Shown: positions 40,387 through 52,950 of the stretch, one piece after another
How positions within the stretch are numbered: position 1 is the first letter of the stretch
Layout: every line of letters starts with the position of its first letter
Assembly (NCBI RefSeq): GCF_006345805.1
Contig: NC_043000.1
Span: 163,246,001 to 163,310,000 of the forward strand
Source: Octopus sinensis
Lineage: Eukaryota
Direction of reading: 5' to 3'
Length of the DNA stretch: 64,000 nucleotides
Notes under the pieces: model-generated
Told to the model about the DNA's origin: nothing
What the model saw: only the letters and a program-made list of their open reading frames with translations
Database searches by the model: none
Translations under genes and position numbers: made by a program

Positions 40387-41711
40387 AATATTGCAAAACT
40401 CAACGTTTGGGTTCCCGCTTAACAATAAATATAAACGTGGCCAGGGATTGGTTACGTCAGCGGTTAAATGTTAAATGGATCTTATACGAGGCATAAGAAT
40501 ACGCCGAAGACAAAAGTAAATTATCACGCTACCACCTTTGTGATTGCTTGAGACTTTGCATTCAATGTTCCAAGACATTGAGTAGCTCTGTAATATAATG
40601 TGATAACTGGATCCCCGATGCTCCGCTGTAGTTAAGCACCCAATGGCACTTGAAGCATCCAATGCAGGGTTCCAAACTGTCACAATGGCGAAACTTACCT
40701 ACGAATGAATTATATAAACTTGTGCTTATCGTAGTTTCTCCTATATTTGAACTGTATTTTATACTTAGTAATACTACTAGATATAGTAGTAAATTAACCA
40801 CTATACTAAAAAGCAGACTGCACGATGATGGACCACGTAAAGCACTAAATTTATCACTAACACATCTGTTCTACTTGTACACAAGACACACTACACACAC
40901 ACACACACTACACACACACACACATACATATACAGTATGTATATAATCTACTCGAGAGATACTTGAAAATTAAAATCGATCTACATAATGAAGTAAATGT
41001 GTATCTTCTCCAGACATTTTTGTGGAGAACTTTAGTAATTCAAATTAACAACCATGTGTTGTTAAAGTAACTATGGCAACACAGAATTCGTTTTTATGTA
41101 AGAAAAGTTGTCTAAGGTAAAGCAAGTTACTAGAGAGCACAGTAACCGTAGAAAGATCAGATTTAGAGTGAAGTGTCTCCTCGATTTAGCTGTACTTACA
41201 GCATTGTTATTGTTTTAAATCCGATTTCTTTTTTTATTGAGCTCTTTGCAGATCGCTTCTCCCAAAAGAAATATATTTACTATAACTGCGAAATATCCAT
41301 ATAATTACTGTAATAGGTCAGATGCTATTTCTAGAGTTTATTTGAAATTCTATTTTTATGTTGATTTTGATGATTCGAACTGCCTTGTAAAGACTTTCGA
41401 TCGTATTTGAATTGTGTCTTCAGTTGTTTCTGTACACAAGTTGTTTCTTCACTACAGTACATATATTGTGGAGAAACAGTAAAATTCTCTCAAATGTCCA
41501 CTGATAAGATATCACCTATCAATATGTTTTTATGGGCGTCTGACTGCTAGAAGTGCAATAATATTCAGAAAAGATATGAAATATACACCATATTTTATCA
41601 ATATATAGCTTTTATTATTATTTTCATTGAGTTCTCTGTTTATTGCTTTTCGCAAAAGAAATATTTCCGTTCGAAAAACATAATGATATTTATTCACATA
41701 TCTGTGTGTGC

Positions 41712-41776
<65 letters not shown>

Positions 41777-43329
41777 TGTGCACTTTTTATCTTGCCCAAG
41801 GTGCCACGCAATGGGACTGGACCCGGAACCATGTGGTTGGGAAGCAAGCTTCTTTACCGCCCAGTCATGCCTACATACATACATACATACATACGTACGT
41901 ACATACATACATACATACATACATTAAATGCTTGTGTCTTATTTTTTCTCAGCTTTTCCTTGTCTTTCTGTGGCCACCTCACCAAACGCAGACGCCTGTT
42001 TCGTCTTAAATCTTTTAAATCGTTGCTGGATATCAGATGATACACAACGATAAAAGTAATAATAACAATAATAATTATAAGTTTCGCTTTTGTTTACTTT
42101 AAAACAAATTTATACCTACTCGCCCCCCATTAAAATCAAATACAGAAAAACGGAGATATACCGAATTATAATTTTTAAAAAAAGATCTTAGAATAAGATA
42201 AATAAATATACAAGCATTATATGAATGAAAATAAATAAGGAATAAATGGCAATTGGTTACCCCACCACCCCTTCCCGTCGCCGACTTCCACGTCTGAAAT
42301 AATTATATGCCATTATTTGTACGCGACAAAATGTCTCCCACCAAATATTGGTGTGGCGGCACCGACACTAGATGGGACTTAGTGAAGTATGGAGAGAGGG
42401 AGAAAGAGAGAGATCTGGAGTGCAGAAGAGAATGTTGGAGAAAGAAGAAGAGGAGGAGGGGGATAAAGGCGAAGAAGAAGGAAATAGAGGATATAAAATA
42501 GGTGGATACTGAAGTGAATATATTGACGAATAATAATAATAATAATAATAATAAGAAGAAGAAGAAGAAGAAGAGAAGAAGAAGAAGAAAGTGGTAGGAG
42601 ACGAAAGAGAGAAGAAATTAGGAAGATGGAATAGAAAAGAAAGAAGATGTTGAAGCAGCAAAACATGAACGGAGCAGAAAACAGAAATAAAGAAAAACGT
42701 GAACGAGAATAAAAAACAATGAAATACGAAGCAAATAACAAGTGCAACATTTTGCCTTCCAAAGATGTCGGTCTCCTTCCGACTGCTGTTGGTATTCTAC
42801 AAGGCATATCATTGGCCATTACCATAGTATTGGACACATACACTGGGGTGCATCTACTACTACTACTACTACTACTACTTACAAAAGTACCTTAGACTCC
42901 ATTACGAAAACCGTTTTATTGATTGGAAAATCTTGATACACCAACATGCAACGACCACATAATATTGGTTTCAAAATTTTGCCACAAGGCCAGCAGTTTT
43001 GGTGTAAAGTCGATTACATTGACCCCTGTGCTCAGCTGGTACTTATTTTATCAACCTCGAAAGGATTAAAGGCAAAGTCGATCTCAGCGGAATTTAGACT
43101 CAGAACGTAAGGACGGACGGAATGCCTTTAAGCACTTTTATTCGGTCTGCTAACGATTCTGCTGGCTCGCCGCCTTACCTGAAACCGTATATTAACGTTC
43201 TGTTCACACCCTCTTTCTCTTTTTTCTGTTTCTATTCGAACAATTTTGTTCTAAACAAGCACGTTGTGTCATAGAGGTACCTTTCTTCTTTTCTCCTTTA
43301 CCCCTACAAAAAAATCTATAAATTCTTTT

Positions 43330-43955
43330 TTCTTCTACCACCAAACTGAAATTATGCTAGTTCTATGGAGGCCATTTGTACTCAGCCATCTGGACTACTG
43401 CCCTCAACTATGGTCATCCTACTGTGTGAGTGTTACACCAGGAAGTTTGCATCAATGGAACAGATGAGCTACTGGGAGAAACTGAAAGAGCAACGATTCT
43501 ACTCTCTGGAGCGAAGACGGGAGAGGTATGCAATGATATGCAACTGGAAGATCCTGGAGGGGCTGACACCAAACTTTGGTATTGATAGCTATACTAGCCC
43601 CTGAACTGAACATCACTGCACTGTTCCAAAGGTCCCAGCTATCCCATCTACAGTGAGGACCATGTACGGCAATAGCTTGGGATTCATGGGCCCACAGCTA
43701 TTTAATGCCTTGCCAAATTACCAGAGTGATCTTCATGGTATAGGGGTACTTGTTTTCAAGAAACAACTTGACCTCCTGCTATCCAAGGTCGCAAATGGAC
43801 CTAAATCACGGCAAGAAACTCAAAAGAGGGTAGCAGTGTCGAACTCACTTCTTTAACAAAAGCCAATAGCATAAGATTGGCTATTGAAAAGTAATTACAC
43901 CGGCAGTGCTCCAGCATGGCCACAGCCTTCGGGCTGAAATGTGTAAAAGAATAAA
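43330..43955 (+). mobile_element. CR1/L2-group LINE 3' end (second family), internally deleted, with intact 3' tail
   Basis: LWRPFVLSHLDYCPQLWS; YTRKFASMEQMSYWEKLKEQRFYSLERRRERYAMICNWKILEGL; GPQLFNALP. The tail has a CAGCC-TTCG-GGCTG stem-loop followed by AAAAGAATAAA. Confidence 0.85.
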
Positions 43956-44311
43956 GCTTGCCTCCCCACCACATGGTTCCGGGTTCAATCCCACTGAGTG
44001 GAACTTGGATGTCTTCTACTCTAGCTTCGGGCAGATCAAAGCCTTGTGAATGGATCTGGTAGATGAAAACTGAAAGAAGCTCGTCGTATTTATATGTATA
44101 CGCCTGTGTGTACGTGTGTCTGTGTTTGGCTTCTAAATCTTTAATATATTTCGCAGTATATTATGTTTGCATAACGAAATACGGTGTACCTACGAGCAGT
44201 TAATACGTCCGCATTCCAGCAGTTGCCTAGAATGCATTAAACATGTACAATGGGTATATCCAATCGTTTTACACCGCTAAATATAGTGGCTATTTTGTGC
44301 AATGAATTCAT

Positions 44312-44376
44312 GGATGGTTAATGGGTGCTGAAGATGGAGCACTCCTGAAATATCTATATACATCCATTAACTATTT
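44312..44376 (+). ncRNA. Type I hammerhead ribozyme motif
   Basis: GTTAATGGGTG [CTGAAGA] T-GGAG-CA-CTCC-T [GAAA] TAT-CT-ATA [TA] CATCCATTAAC. Helix I is 11 bp or more and the AUA site lies between 44360 and 44361. A U.U mismatch closes helix II. Confidence 0.72.
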
Positions 44377-44483
44377 TTCTAACGTCGATCGCATTGATTA
44401 CAGTAAAATATTCGTATACGAAACATCAAAACTTTCAGTGCTGGCTCTAGAAAATCTTAGAGATAACTTTACAAAGTGAGATA

Positions 44484-44938
44484 TCTATCATATAAAATCC
44501 ATTCTGTTTGTCTGTGTGTGTCTTCAAGGATCTCGGGCATCCTCCATCCGATTGCGCTCAAATTTGATATGTGGATACCGACGGTATCAGGGCGTGTATA
44601 AATCATGAAAAAAATTACAAAAATCGATTCCAGGTGAGAATGTGATCGATAAAGCCGTGGGAACGTGCATTTGTACGCGCAAGTACATCAGCTGTTGTGA
44701 TGTACTTACTGGTACTTTAAACTCTTCGGTTGCATATTTGTGTGAATAAAATCGTTTTTTTTTGGAATAGAAAAAAGTCTATCTTTATTTCTTCTTTTGC
44801 TTGTGTCTGAAATTTAGGTTAAATCAGTGTTTCTCAAAGGAGAGGCCTATGGGACGGTCGGACAAGTTGCTTTGAGAACATTTGGTTTAAATGTTTGACA
44901 ACTCAGCACCGTCCATTGGACGGGGGGCGTTTTGCTCG
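44484..44938 (+). mobile_element. Probable non-autonomous Helitron
   Basis: Starts A|TCTATCATATAAAA and has a subterminal hairpin CCGTCC-ATT-GGACGG (44909-44923). Ends CTCG|T (CTAG-like). Confidence 0.55.
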
Positions 44939-45268
44939 TATATATATAAAGTGTATGCATACATATATATTTATGTAAGATTGCATTTCCTATTTCAAAA
45001 ATAGTTGGATATACATTTTAAAGTTGAGTGGGTGTGTTTTTTTTCTTTGTACATGTGTGTGTACGTGCGTACATAATAATAGTGGTGTCAGTGACTTCGA
45101 AGTTTTTGGCTTGCTAGCTTACAGTGAATAGTCAGATGAAGGTTAAGCATGCTGAAACTTTGAGGATGCCGCCGATGCTCTTCTACTGATATATCGATGA
45201 GAGACAAACATATCACGCACGCACTTGCACACATATAGATAGCTTGACAAACAGACAGACTGACAGAC

Positions 45269-45326
<58 letters not shown>

Positions 45327-45510
45327 TTACCTAAATACAAGCACAACTATACGTAATAAGGCAAGCGCACTAGAAAACCTGCCAAAAGACAGTGCCACAT
45401 GTTCATGCAAAAACACATACTACAAAAACCACGTAACTAAAGAAAAATATTTTCGCACATATAGTCACAAACTACAATTACACAAACATAAGTATAGAGA
45501 AGCACGCACG

Positions 45511-45581
<71 letters not shown>

Positions 45582-45997
45582 TTCAAACTCACTTAGACTC
45601 TTAGAACAAATAGACGTGTTGGCACACCAAGATATTTGTCTCCAAGATACCAATTTCTGACACACTTGACCCCTCTGTGTCTCTTCATTCCCACACATTC
45701 ATAACAAGATGGGTTCACCAGCACCGAATGTTTTGTGTGCCGTATGAAGTTCTTGTATGTGTGTATGCCTACAGGAATATATATGTGCGTGTGTATGTGT
45801 GAGAATATTTATGTACGTGCTTGTGTGAATCTACACGGCTGAGATTACATACACTCACGCACACACGCACACACACACACACGCACACACGCACTCATAT
45901 GTATGTTAAAACTTATCCCTCCTGTGCTGTCTTTTTTTGTTTTTATTCATTCCATCTAATATATATATATACATATACATACATACATACATACATG

Positions 45998-46082
<85 letters not shown>

Positions 46083-46504
46083 TATACATACATGCATTTA
46101 TACATACACAAACACACACACACACACACACACACATATGTATACCCCATATATATAATATACACACGTGTGTGTGTGTGTGTTCTCTACAGTACATACA
46201 GCATCCTGTACGCAGCGAACTTCCCCCTACGCGACTTCGGGGTCGTTCATCCATTAAAAACAGGTCCGTTTCTCTGTCCCACACTCACCCATGTCCCCAC
46301 CCTACCTTCACACACTTCACCCACCAATGAGTGTGCCTCAAACCAATATGTTTTCTTGCTTTCTTAACTAGCGTATCTTTCGGTATAAGCCCACCTACCA
46401 CCCATCTCCAGCACGCATGCACATACACACATATACAAGCAGACGGTGCTAGGCATTTTTCTAACACTACCTTACACTTTTAAACCACTCTTCTACCTCG
46501 TTTA

Positions 46505-46560
<56 letters not shown>

Positions 46561-46578
46561 GTCTCTTTCTCTGTCTGA

Positions 46579-46612
<34 letters not shown>

Positions 46613-46620
46613 TGATATAC

Positions 46621-46815
46621 TCTTTTATTCTTTTACTTGTTTCAGTCATTTGACTGCGGCCATGTTGGAGCACCCCTTTAGTCGAGCAAATCGACCCCGA
46701 GACTTATTCTTTGAAAGCCCAGTACTTATTCTATCAGTCTCTTTTGCCGAACCGCTAAGTGACGGGGACGTAAACACACCAGCATGGTTGTCAAGCAATG
46801 CTACATACATATACA

Positions 46816-46870
<55 letters not shown>

Positions 46871-47034
46871 TACGACAGGCTTCTTTCAGTTTCCGTCTAC
46901 CAAATCCACTCAAGGCATTGATCGACCCGGGGCTATAGCAGAAGACACTTGCCCAAGATGCCACGCAGTGGGACTGAACCCGGAACCATGTGGTTGGTTA
47001 GCAAGCTACTTACCACACAGCCACTCCTGCGCCT
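46621..47034 (-). mobile_element. tRNA-derived SINE family A, full length
   Basis: Reverse complement of the 39891 copy. Partial copies also occur at about 41781-41872, 43956-44090, 55530-55640 and 56080-56245. Confidence 0.9.
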
Positions 47035-47037
47035 AGC

Positions 47038-47068
<31 letters not shown>

Positions 47069-47487
47069 TGTTTGTCTGACTGTCTGTCTAACTATCTACC
47101 TACTTATATTACATGTTTTTCTATCCACCCACCTAACTGTATATATCTCGATAGTTTTTCTTTTTTCCTTTTAAGTTCACCTAGTGTTTCGGCCGCCTGA
47201 CTAAAAGAATGAACAAATTCTCGATTATTTAAAAAAATGACTCTCTTCCTCGTTCGTGTAACAAACTAAGCGCATGCGTCGTGAGTTTGTGCGTGCGAGC
47301 GTGCTTGCGTGTGTGATGTCGTGTGTGTATGTGTATGTGTGTGTGTGCTCGAAAAAGATGTGACAGGTAAGCGGGAGAAAAGGCTCGGTCGAATGAATCA
47401 CAAAATGTCATCCACATCCAGTGCATCCTAAAACAAGCCAACCTCGTGTGTCTCCCTGCGTATTTGCTGAGAAACTATTCGGTCGTA

Positions 47488-47746
47488 TGTGTGAGTGTTA
47501 CACCAGGAAGTTTGCATGAATGGAACAGATGAGCTACTGGGAGAAACTGAAAGAGCAACGATTCTACTCTCTGGAGCGAAGACGGGAGAGGTATGCAATG
47601 ATATGCAAATGGAAGATCCTGGAGGGGCTGACACCAAACTTTGGTATTGATAGCTATACTAGCCCCTGAACTGAACATCACTGCACTGTTCCAAAGGTCC
47701 CAGCTATCCCATCTACAGTGAGGACCATGTACAGTGAGGACCATGT
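47488..47746 (+). repeat. Local 245-bp copy of LINE remnant 43423-43667 with a terminal 16-bp tandem duplication
   Basis: Two mismatches seen versus the source. ACAGTGAGGACCATGT occurs twice (47715-47730, 47731-47746). Confidence 0.9.
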
Positions 47747-48571
47747 AAATTAGCATAGGTGTCAAATGGTCAAATAAGAGCTATCTGCTAATGGATCACA
47801 ACCAACTTTCCTCTATTTCTCTTCTCTTCTTCCTTTCTTTTTTTTTTTGCAGAGGTTGTGCATAGAAATTTGCTTGTGCACACATTTTATCTTCCTTTTC
47901 AAATTATATTCTCATTTCTGTAAGTAACCATCGTCAGTTTTAAAAAGAAATTCGGTTTTATCTTGAATACAATTTTGAAGAACCAAAGACATAGAAATCC
48001 TTTTGCCGAGTGCCCATTCTCAATACAAAAAGCCTTCTTAGCATCTCACCGTGCATAAAACATTCAAACATTTCAAACCAATACATTAATATTACACATA
48101 AGTAATTTCATTTGTACCACACTAAACTGAATTTCTGGCGTCTATTACACATTTTTCATCTTTGACTTATGCACACCATTTCCTTATGACCTACATGACT
48201 TATTGTGTAACATCTTTAACCCAGTTTACACTTAGCGCCCTTTGCACTAATACATGAATTTCTCATTTCTTTTTCCTTTGCCCTTCATTTTTTAACCTAC
48301 ATTAAACTGAAGACCTACTTGTAATGATTTTACATATAATTCACTTATGCTTTCCGTTTTTACCATCTAAATTCCAATTTACTATTTACTTTGTAGATTT
48401 CTTGCAACCACTAAGAATTTTTCTATGCATTTTTCCTAGAAACTAAATCCCTCGTCTTCGACTCCACCACATTCCACGAGTTCTAATCTTAACACTTTCT
48501 GTGACAGTTAGACCAACCATTTTGCATTTGTTGAAGTTTGCTTGGCATATATATATATATATATGTATGTG

Positions 48572-48611
<40 letters not shown>

Positions 48612-48721
48612 ATAGAAAAAATATATATATACATATATATATATATATACTACATATATATACAAATATGTATATTAGCTGTATATATATATACACACAC
48701 ATATATATATATACACATATA

Positions 48722-48784
<63 letters not shown>

Positions 48785-48823
48785 TATATATATATTATAT
48801 ATAAATATATATATATATAGTAA

Positions 48824-49147
48824 TAATGAAGGGTGAAATTAATTAATTTGGAATAATTATCAATTACACCAAGTAGTCTTCGGCATGTAAAAGCCTCATT
48901 CGAGGAAAATTTAAGTAATACTAAGCAATAAAGGGTTTAGCAACGAATTGCCTTACCACATACCGAATTTAGAAATAGCTATTTCTTCTACTAAAAAGGG
49001 AGATCTCAGTAAAAACGCTTCCAATTGCTGTTTTTACTGAGATCTCCCTTTTTAGTAGAAGAAATAGCTATAACTCTTTGACTGCTATTTCTAAATTCGG
49101 TATGTGGTAAGGCAATTCGTTGCTAAACCCTTTATTGCTTAGTATTA

Positions 49148-49151
<4 letters not shown>
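48824..49151. repeat. (TA)n-embedded insert ending in a near-perfect fold-back palindrome
   Basis: Left arm 48912-49016 pairs with right arm 49030-49151 around a 13-nt loop. The only difference is a 17-nt deletion in the left arm at a TAGC microhomology. Confidence 0.85.
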
Positions 49152-49192
<41 letters not shown>

Positions 49193-49275
49193 TACTGGTA
49201 TATACATATATGTATATTTGCTATATATATACACATATATATATATATACATATATGTGTATTTGCTATATATAT

Positions 49276-49306
<31 letters not shown>

Positions 49307-50239
49307 CTCAATATGCATATTTCCCGTATACATGTGTGTGTATATATAACCTATGTGTGTGTGCATGTTTATTTATGCATATATGATTTATGTGGATGTG
49401 CATGTTTGGGTTTGTGTGTCGGGCGTTTTGTCTGTCATCTTTTTTGTGCCACTTTTGAACTGCATTGAAAGCGCTAAACCGGACACGCACTTCAAGACAT
49501 TCTTCTCATCCCAAATTGCATTTATACTTTCTGATTTCTGTTACCCTTTCTCCTAGGCTTCGTTTATCTCTCTTTTTCTGTCTCTATTTCTCTCTCACCC
49601 CCTTTCTCTCTTCTCGGCGAATTCCTTTTCTGCCATTTTGACTTCAAGCTTCCTCTACAATGTCCTTAGCCATATCTTTTATATTATATTTAATGATCAC
49701 CCACCAAGGATCCTGTCCATGAGGGAACAGTGGTTCTGTTTTTCTTCCTGCATCAATGAACTCCGGTTAACGCCTACATTTTGCATTGTTTTATGTAGGC
49801 CTGTAAGATAATGGTTAACACACACACACACAAACTTACACGCGTGTTTGTATATATATATATATAATATTTTATTCATTTAAGTGTTGCAGTCAAATGA
49901 ATGAAACACGTACAAGAATAAAAGAATATTATATGCACACACAAAAACACGCATTGGGTGTATGTATATGCTGGAACATCACATACACACACGCACACAT
50001 ACACACACACACACATATATATGTGTGTGTGTGTGTACATATATATATATATATATATACATATATATATAGGAGCACTCCGTCGGTTACGAAGACGAGG
50101 GTCCAGATGATACGATCGACGAAACAGCTTGCTCGTGAAACTAACGTGCAAGTGGCTGAGTACTCCATAAACACTTGTACCCTTAACGTAGTTCTTAGGG
50201 GAGATTCAGCGTGACACAGAGTCTGACAAGGCTCTGAAA

Positions 50240-50990
50240 AGTGAGTCCAATATTGTGCAACCCTTCATTTTATTCACTCAAAACAAATTCATACACAGGA
50301 ACGTCTTGTACTTTCGGGACGTTTGCAAGGACTTACTGAGTTAAGGTCTTATTCGGTCATAGGTCGACTTCTACCATAGCTATATTTCTAATATACTTCT
50401 ACGTCCAGAATTCGTTATTTAGAGACGTTTCCATTCTTTTCCATTTATCTTTTCTTTACTATTGTGTCAACTAGATTCAATCTGTAAATGATGTTTATAG
50501 TTATCTCCCTGATTACAAATCTCTCGCTATTTCATATCTGGCACTAATTTCGTTTTTATCACTAAGCTTCCGTTAAATATTTTCCCTGAATTTCCGGTCT
50601 TTTACTTTTCCTTCAATAAGAATCCTGAGTTTTATAGGTAACTATGCTATTCTATAGATTTATGTCGTTTCTCCTCCCTTCCTACTACAATCATTTAACA
50701 TTTTCTTTTCTTCAGAGACGCAAAGTATTCTTACAGTTTCTCTACATGCTTGCATTGAATCCGCCATTATAAATTTCAATAATGCTCCCAAAACCTTTCC
50801 GTATCCTAGTTTTAGTAAATTGTTTTTGATATATAACCTTACAAATGATATTTTAATTCTTTCTTCCCTCGGTCTTTCATAGAATTTTGATTACTCCATG
50901 AAACACTGTAAGGAAATAAGAATTCTTTTATACCTGCTTTTAATGTCTATTATTGAATTTCGTAGGTAAGATTGTTTCTAGATAAGGCAT
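50240..50990 (-). mobile_element. Degenerate LINE apurinic-endonuclease region (L1-like)
   Basis: Minus-strand RLYIKN, GGFNA (cf. GDFNA) and SD motifs in the expected order, with many frameshifts. Confidence 0.4.
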
Positions 50991-52244
50991 TTAATCGTGA
51001 AGGCGTATGGTTTTGTGATTAGAGTATTGGATTTATGAGCATAAACCCGAGGTTTCAATTCTCAGACTGCGCAGGGCCTTGTGTCCGTAGGCTCTTCACA
51101 ACAGTTAAAAATGAATGCAAGTCGAGTGCCGATACAACCCTTCCTGGCTTCTTTCAGCTACCACATCTCTTGCCAGGTCAAGAGAAGAATAACTGAATGT
51201 GTTTCAGCGAAATCATGTCCCATGCCATCAGGTCTTACTCGCTTTCAAGTGATAGCTGTAGTTTCAGGCATTTAACTCTAAGATTCTCGTTCGTCTGGGA
51301 GGGCCTGCAAAAGTTATAGGCTTTAACTCCCTTCCCTTGGCAAACTTTAAAAATCATCGGTTGTTGATACAGCACCTAAGACTTAAGCTTCGGATCGTCA
51401 ATACATTGGAATGAATTTGATCTTTCTTCTCATTTTTAGATCAATAATATAAGTTTAGTACCACCAACCAAAGAAACACTTCTGAGTTATTTAATGCCCC
51501 TTGTCGTTAAAACCACATATAGTTATCCATATTGCTTAGTTGGACAGCAATATGGAAGATCTTAACAAATGAGCGTTAAGCGCATCTTTACCTTTAGACT
51601 GCAGTATTCACACAGGGTAGAAAGAGCTGCTCCATCGTTCTCTGATCCAAGCTTTTATTGCTACAGTCAACTATAACTCCGACTGAGTCATCTTTGTAAT
51701 ATCATATTTAACAATTATCTTGTTGTTGTTGTTGTGTTGCTGCCATTTCGGTTGAAGCTAGCGTTGATCTAGAAGACTTACAAGTACAAGCAAAAGCATT
51801 CCACCACCGACCATTCAGTATTACTGTGTAGTAGCGACCACTTTCATCAATGTATTTATCTTACTAAGGCAGTACAGTGTGATTTGAGGGAGATTTAGCT
51901 GCTGCTTATACATTAGAACTAGACCGTGTAGTGGTCCCCCCCCTCTTGGTTAGTATTCTTCTTTAGCTTCGTTGTTGCTTAGCGCTTGATCACATTTGAT
52001 TGAGCAGACAAATGGGTTTTTAAGTAAATGAATTCGCTGTGGTCATTTTATCTAATTCAAAATATTACATACTAAAAACTACCAATGAACCACCTTTTAG
52101 ATTAGCAGGGTATTTAAGATAGATTTCATTGCTCTTTCTTGCAGATTGAGCGACTCCGTAAAAGTTCCCTCTCGGGTTTATATCCATATTTAGTGCTGTT
52201 ACAGTATGTTCTAAATTTGTATCCAAGGGACCACATATTAATGC

Positions 52245-52367
<123 letters not shown>

Positions 52368-52498
52368 TTAGCAATTAAGGACAACTACTTAATAAGGAAA
52401 ACTTAACAAGAAATTGTCAGGTAGATAGCGTGAAAACCTCATAAGAGAAAAAATTTCGAAAATAATTATTTCTTATTGAACATATTAATTTATATATA

Positions 52499-52897
52499 GA
52501 GGGCATTATACATCCATGCCAGATGGCATTATACATACATGCCACACGCTAAGAGGGACATTTAGTCATTTCTACCAAAAATATTACTAATCCCACCGAA
52601 TGCAATTTTTCAAAGTAAGACATTTAAAAAATATAGACCTGTATCACAGTGATTTCATACTTACGTATTCATCAGCAGGCCTGGATGTATCATACATAAA
52701 CGACCCTGCCTCGCTTAAGCCGATCAGCTAACTGATCAACATCAACGAAGCACATGGGTGAGTTTACATATATTACATCCTGTAAATGTCGGACTTTTAC
52801 GAATTGCATTTCGGGAAAGGAAAAGTTTTTTCGGAATAAAAATTTAGCGTGTGGCATGTATGTATAATGCCATCTGGCATGGATGTATAATGCCCTC
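52499..52897 (-). mobile_element. Hammerhead-containing insert with perfect 54-bp terminal inverted repeats in TA repeats
   Basis: 52499-52552 is the exact reverse complement of 52844-52897, and each arm has an internal ~23-bp direct repeat. TA/(TA)n lies on both sides and the hammerhead is at 52635-52682. Confidence 0.7.
52635..52682 (-). ncRNA. Type I hammerhead ribozyme motif, intact core
   Basis: Minus strand: AGGCCTG [CTGATGA] ATAC-GTAA-GTAT [GAAA] TCAC-T-GTGA [TA] CAGGTCT. Helix I is 7 bp, helix II has a GNRA loop, and the AUA site lies between 52642 and 52641. Confidence 0.85.

Positions 52898-52950
<53 letters not shown>

Noticed and set aside
40471-40801. Possible hAT transposase or LINE remnant (ITELLNVLEH; VWNP)
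   Set aside because: Motifs are too short and in different frames to support a call.
42760-42850. VGILQGISLAITIVLDTY resembling RT motif GVLQGDTLAP..IIVLDY
   Set aside because: Probably a tiny RTE relic, but too short to annotate reliably.
44148-44190. TTATG-TTTG-CATAA-C-GAAA-TACGGTG-TA upstream of the 44312 hammerhead
   Set aside because: Helix II/III-like, but the CUGANGA core is unrecognisable and there is no helix I.
48866-48905. Hammerhead-like CGAATGA-GGC...GCC-GAAG on the minus strand
   Set aside because: Both core strands deviate from consensus and helices I and III do not pair; at best a decayed relic.
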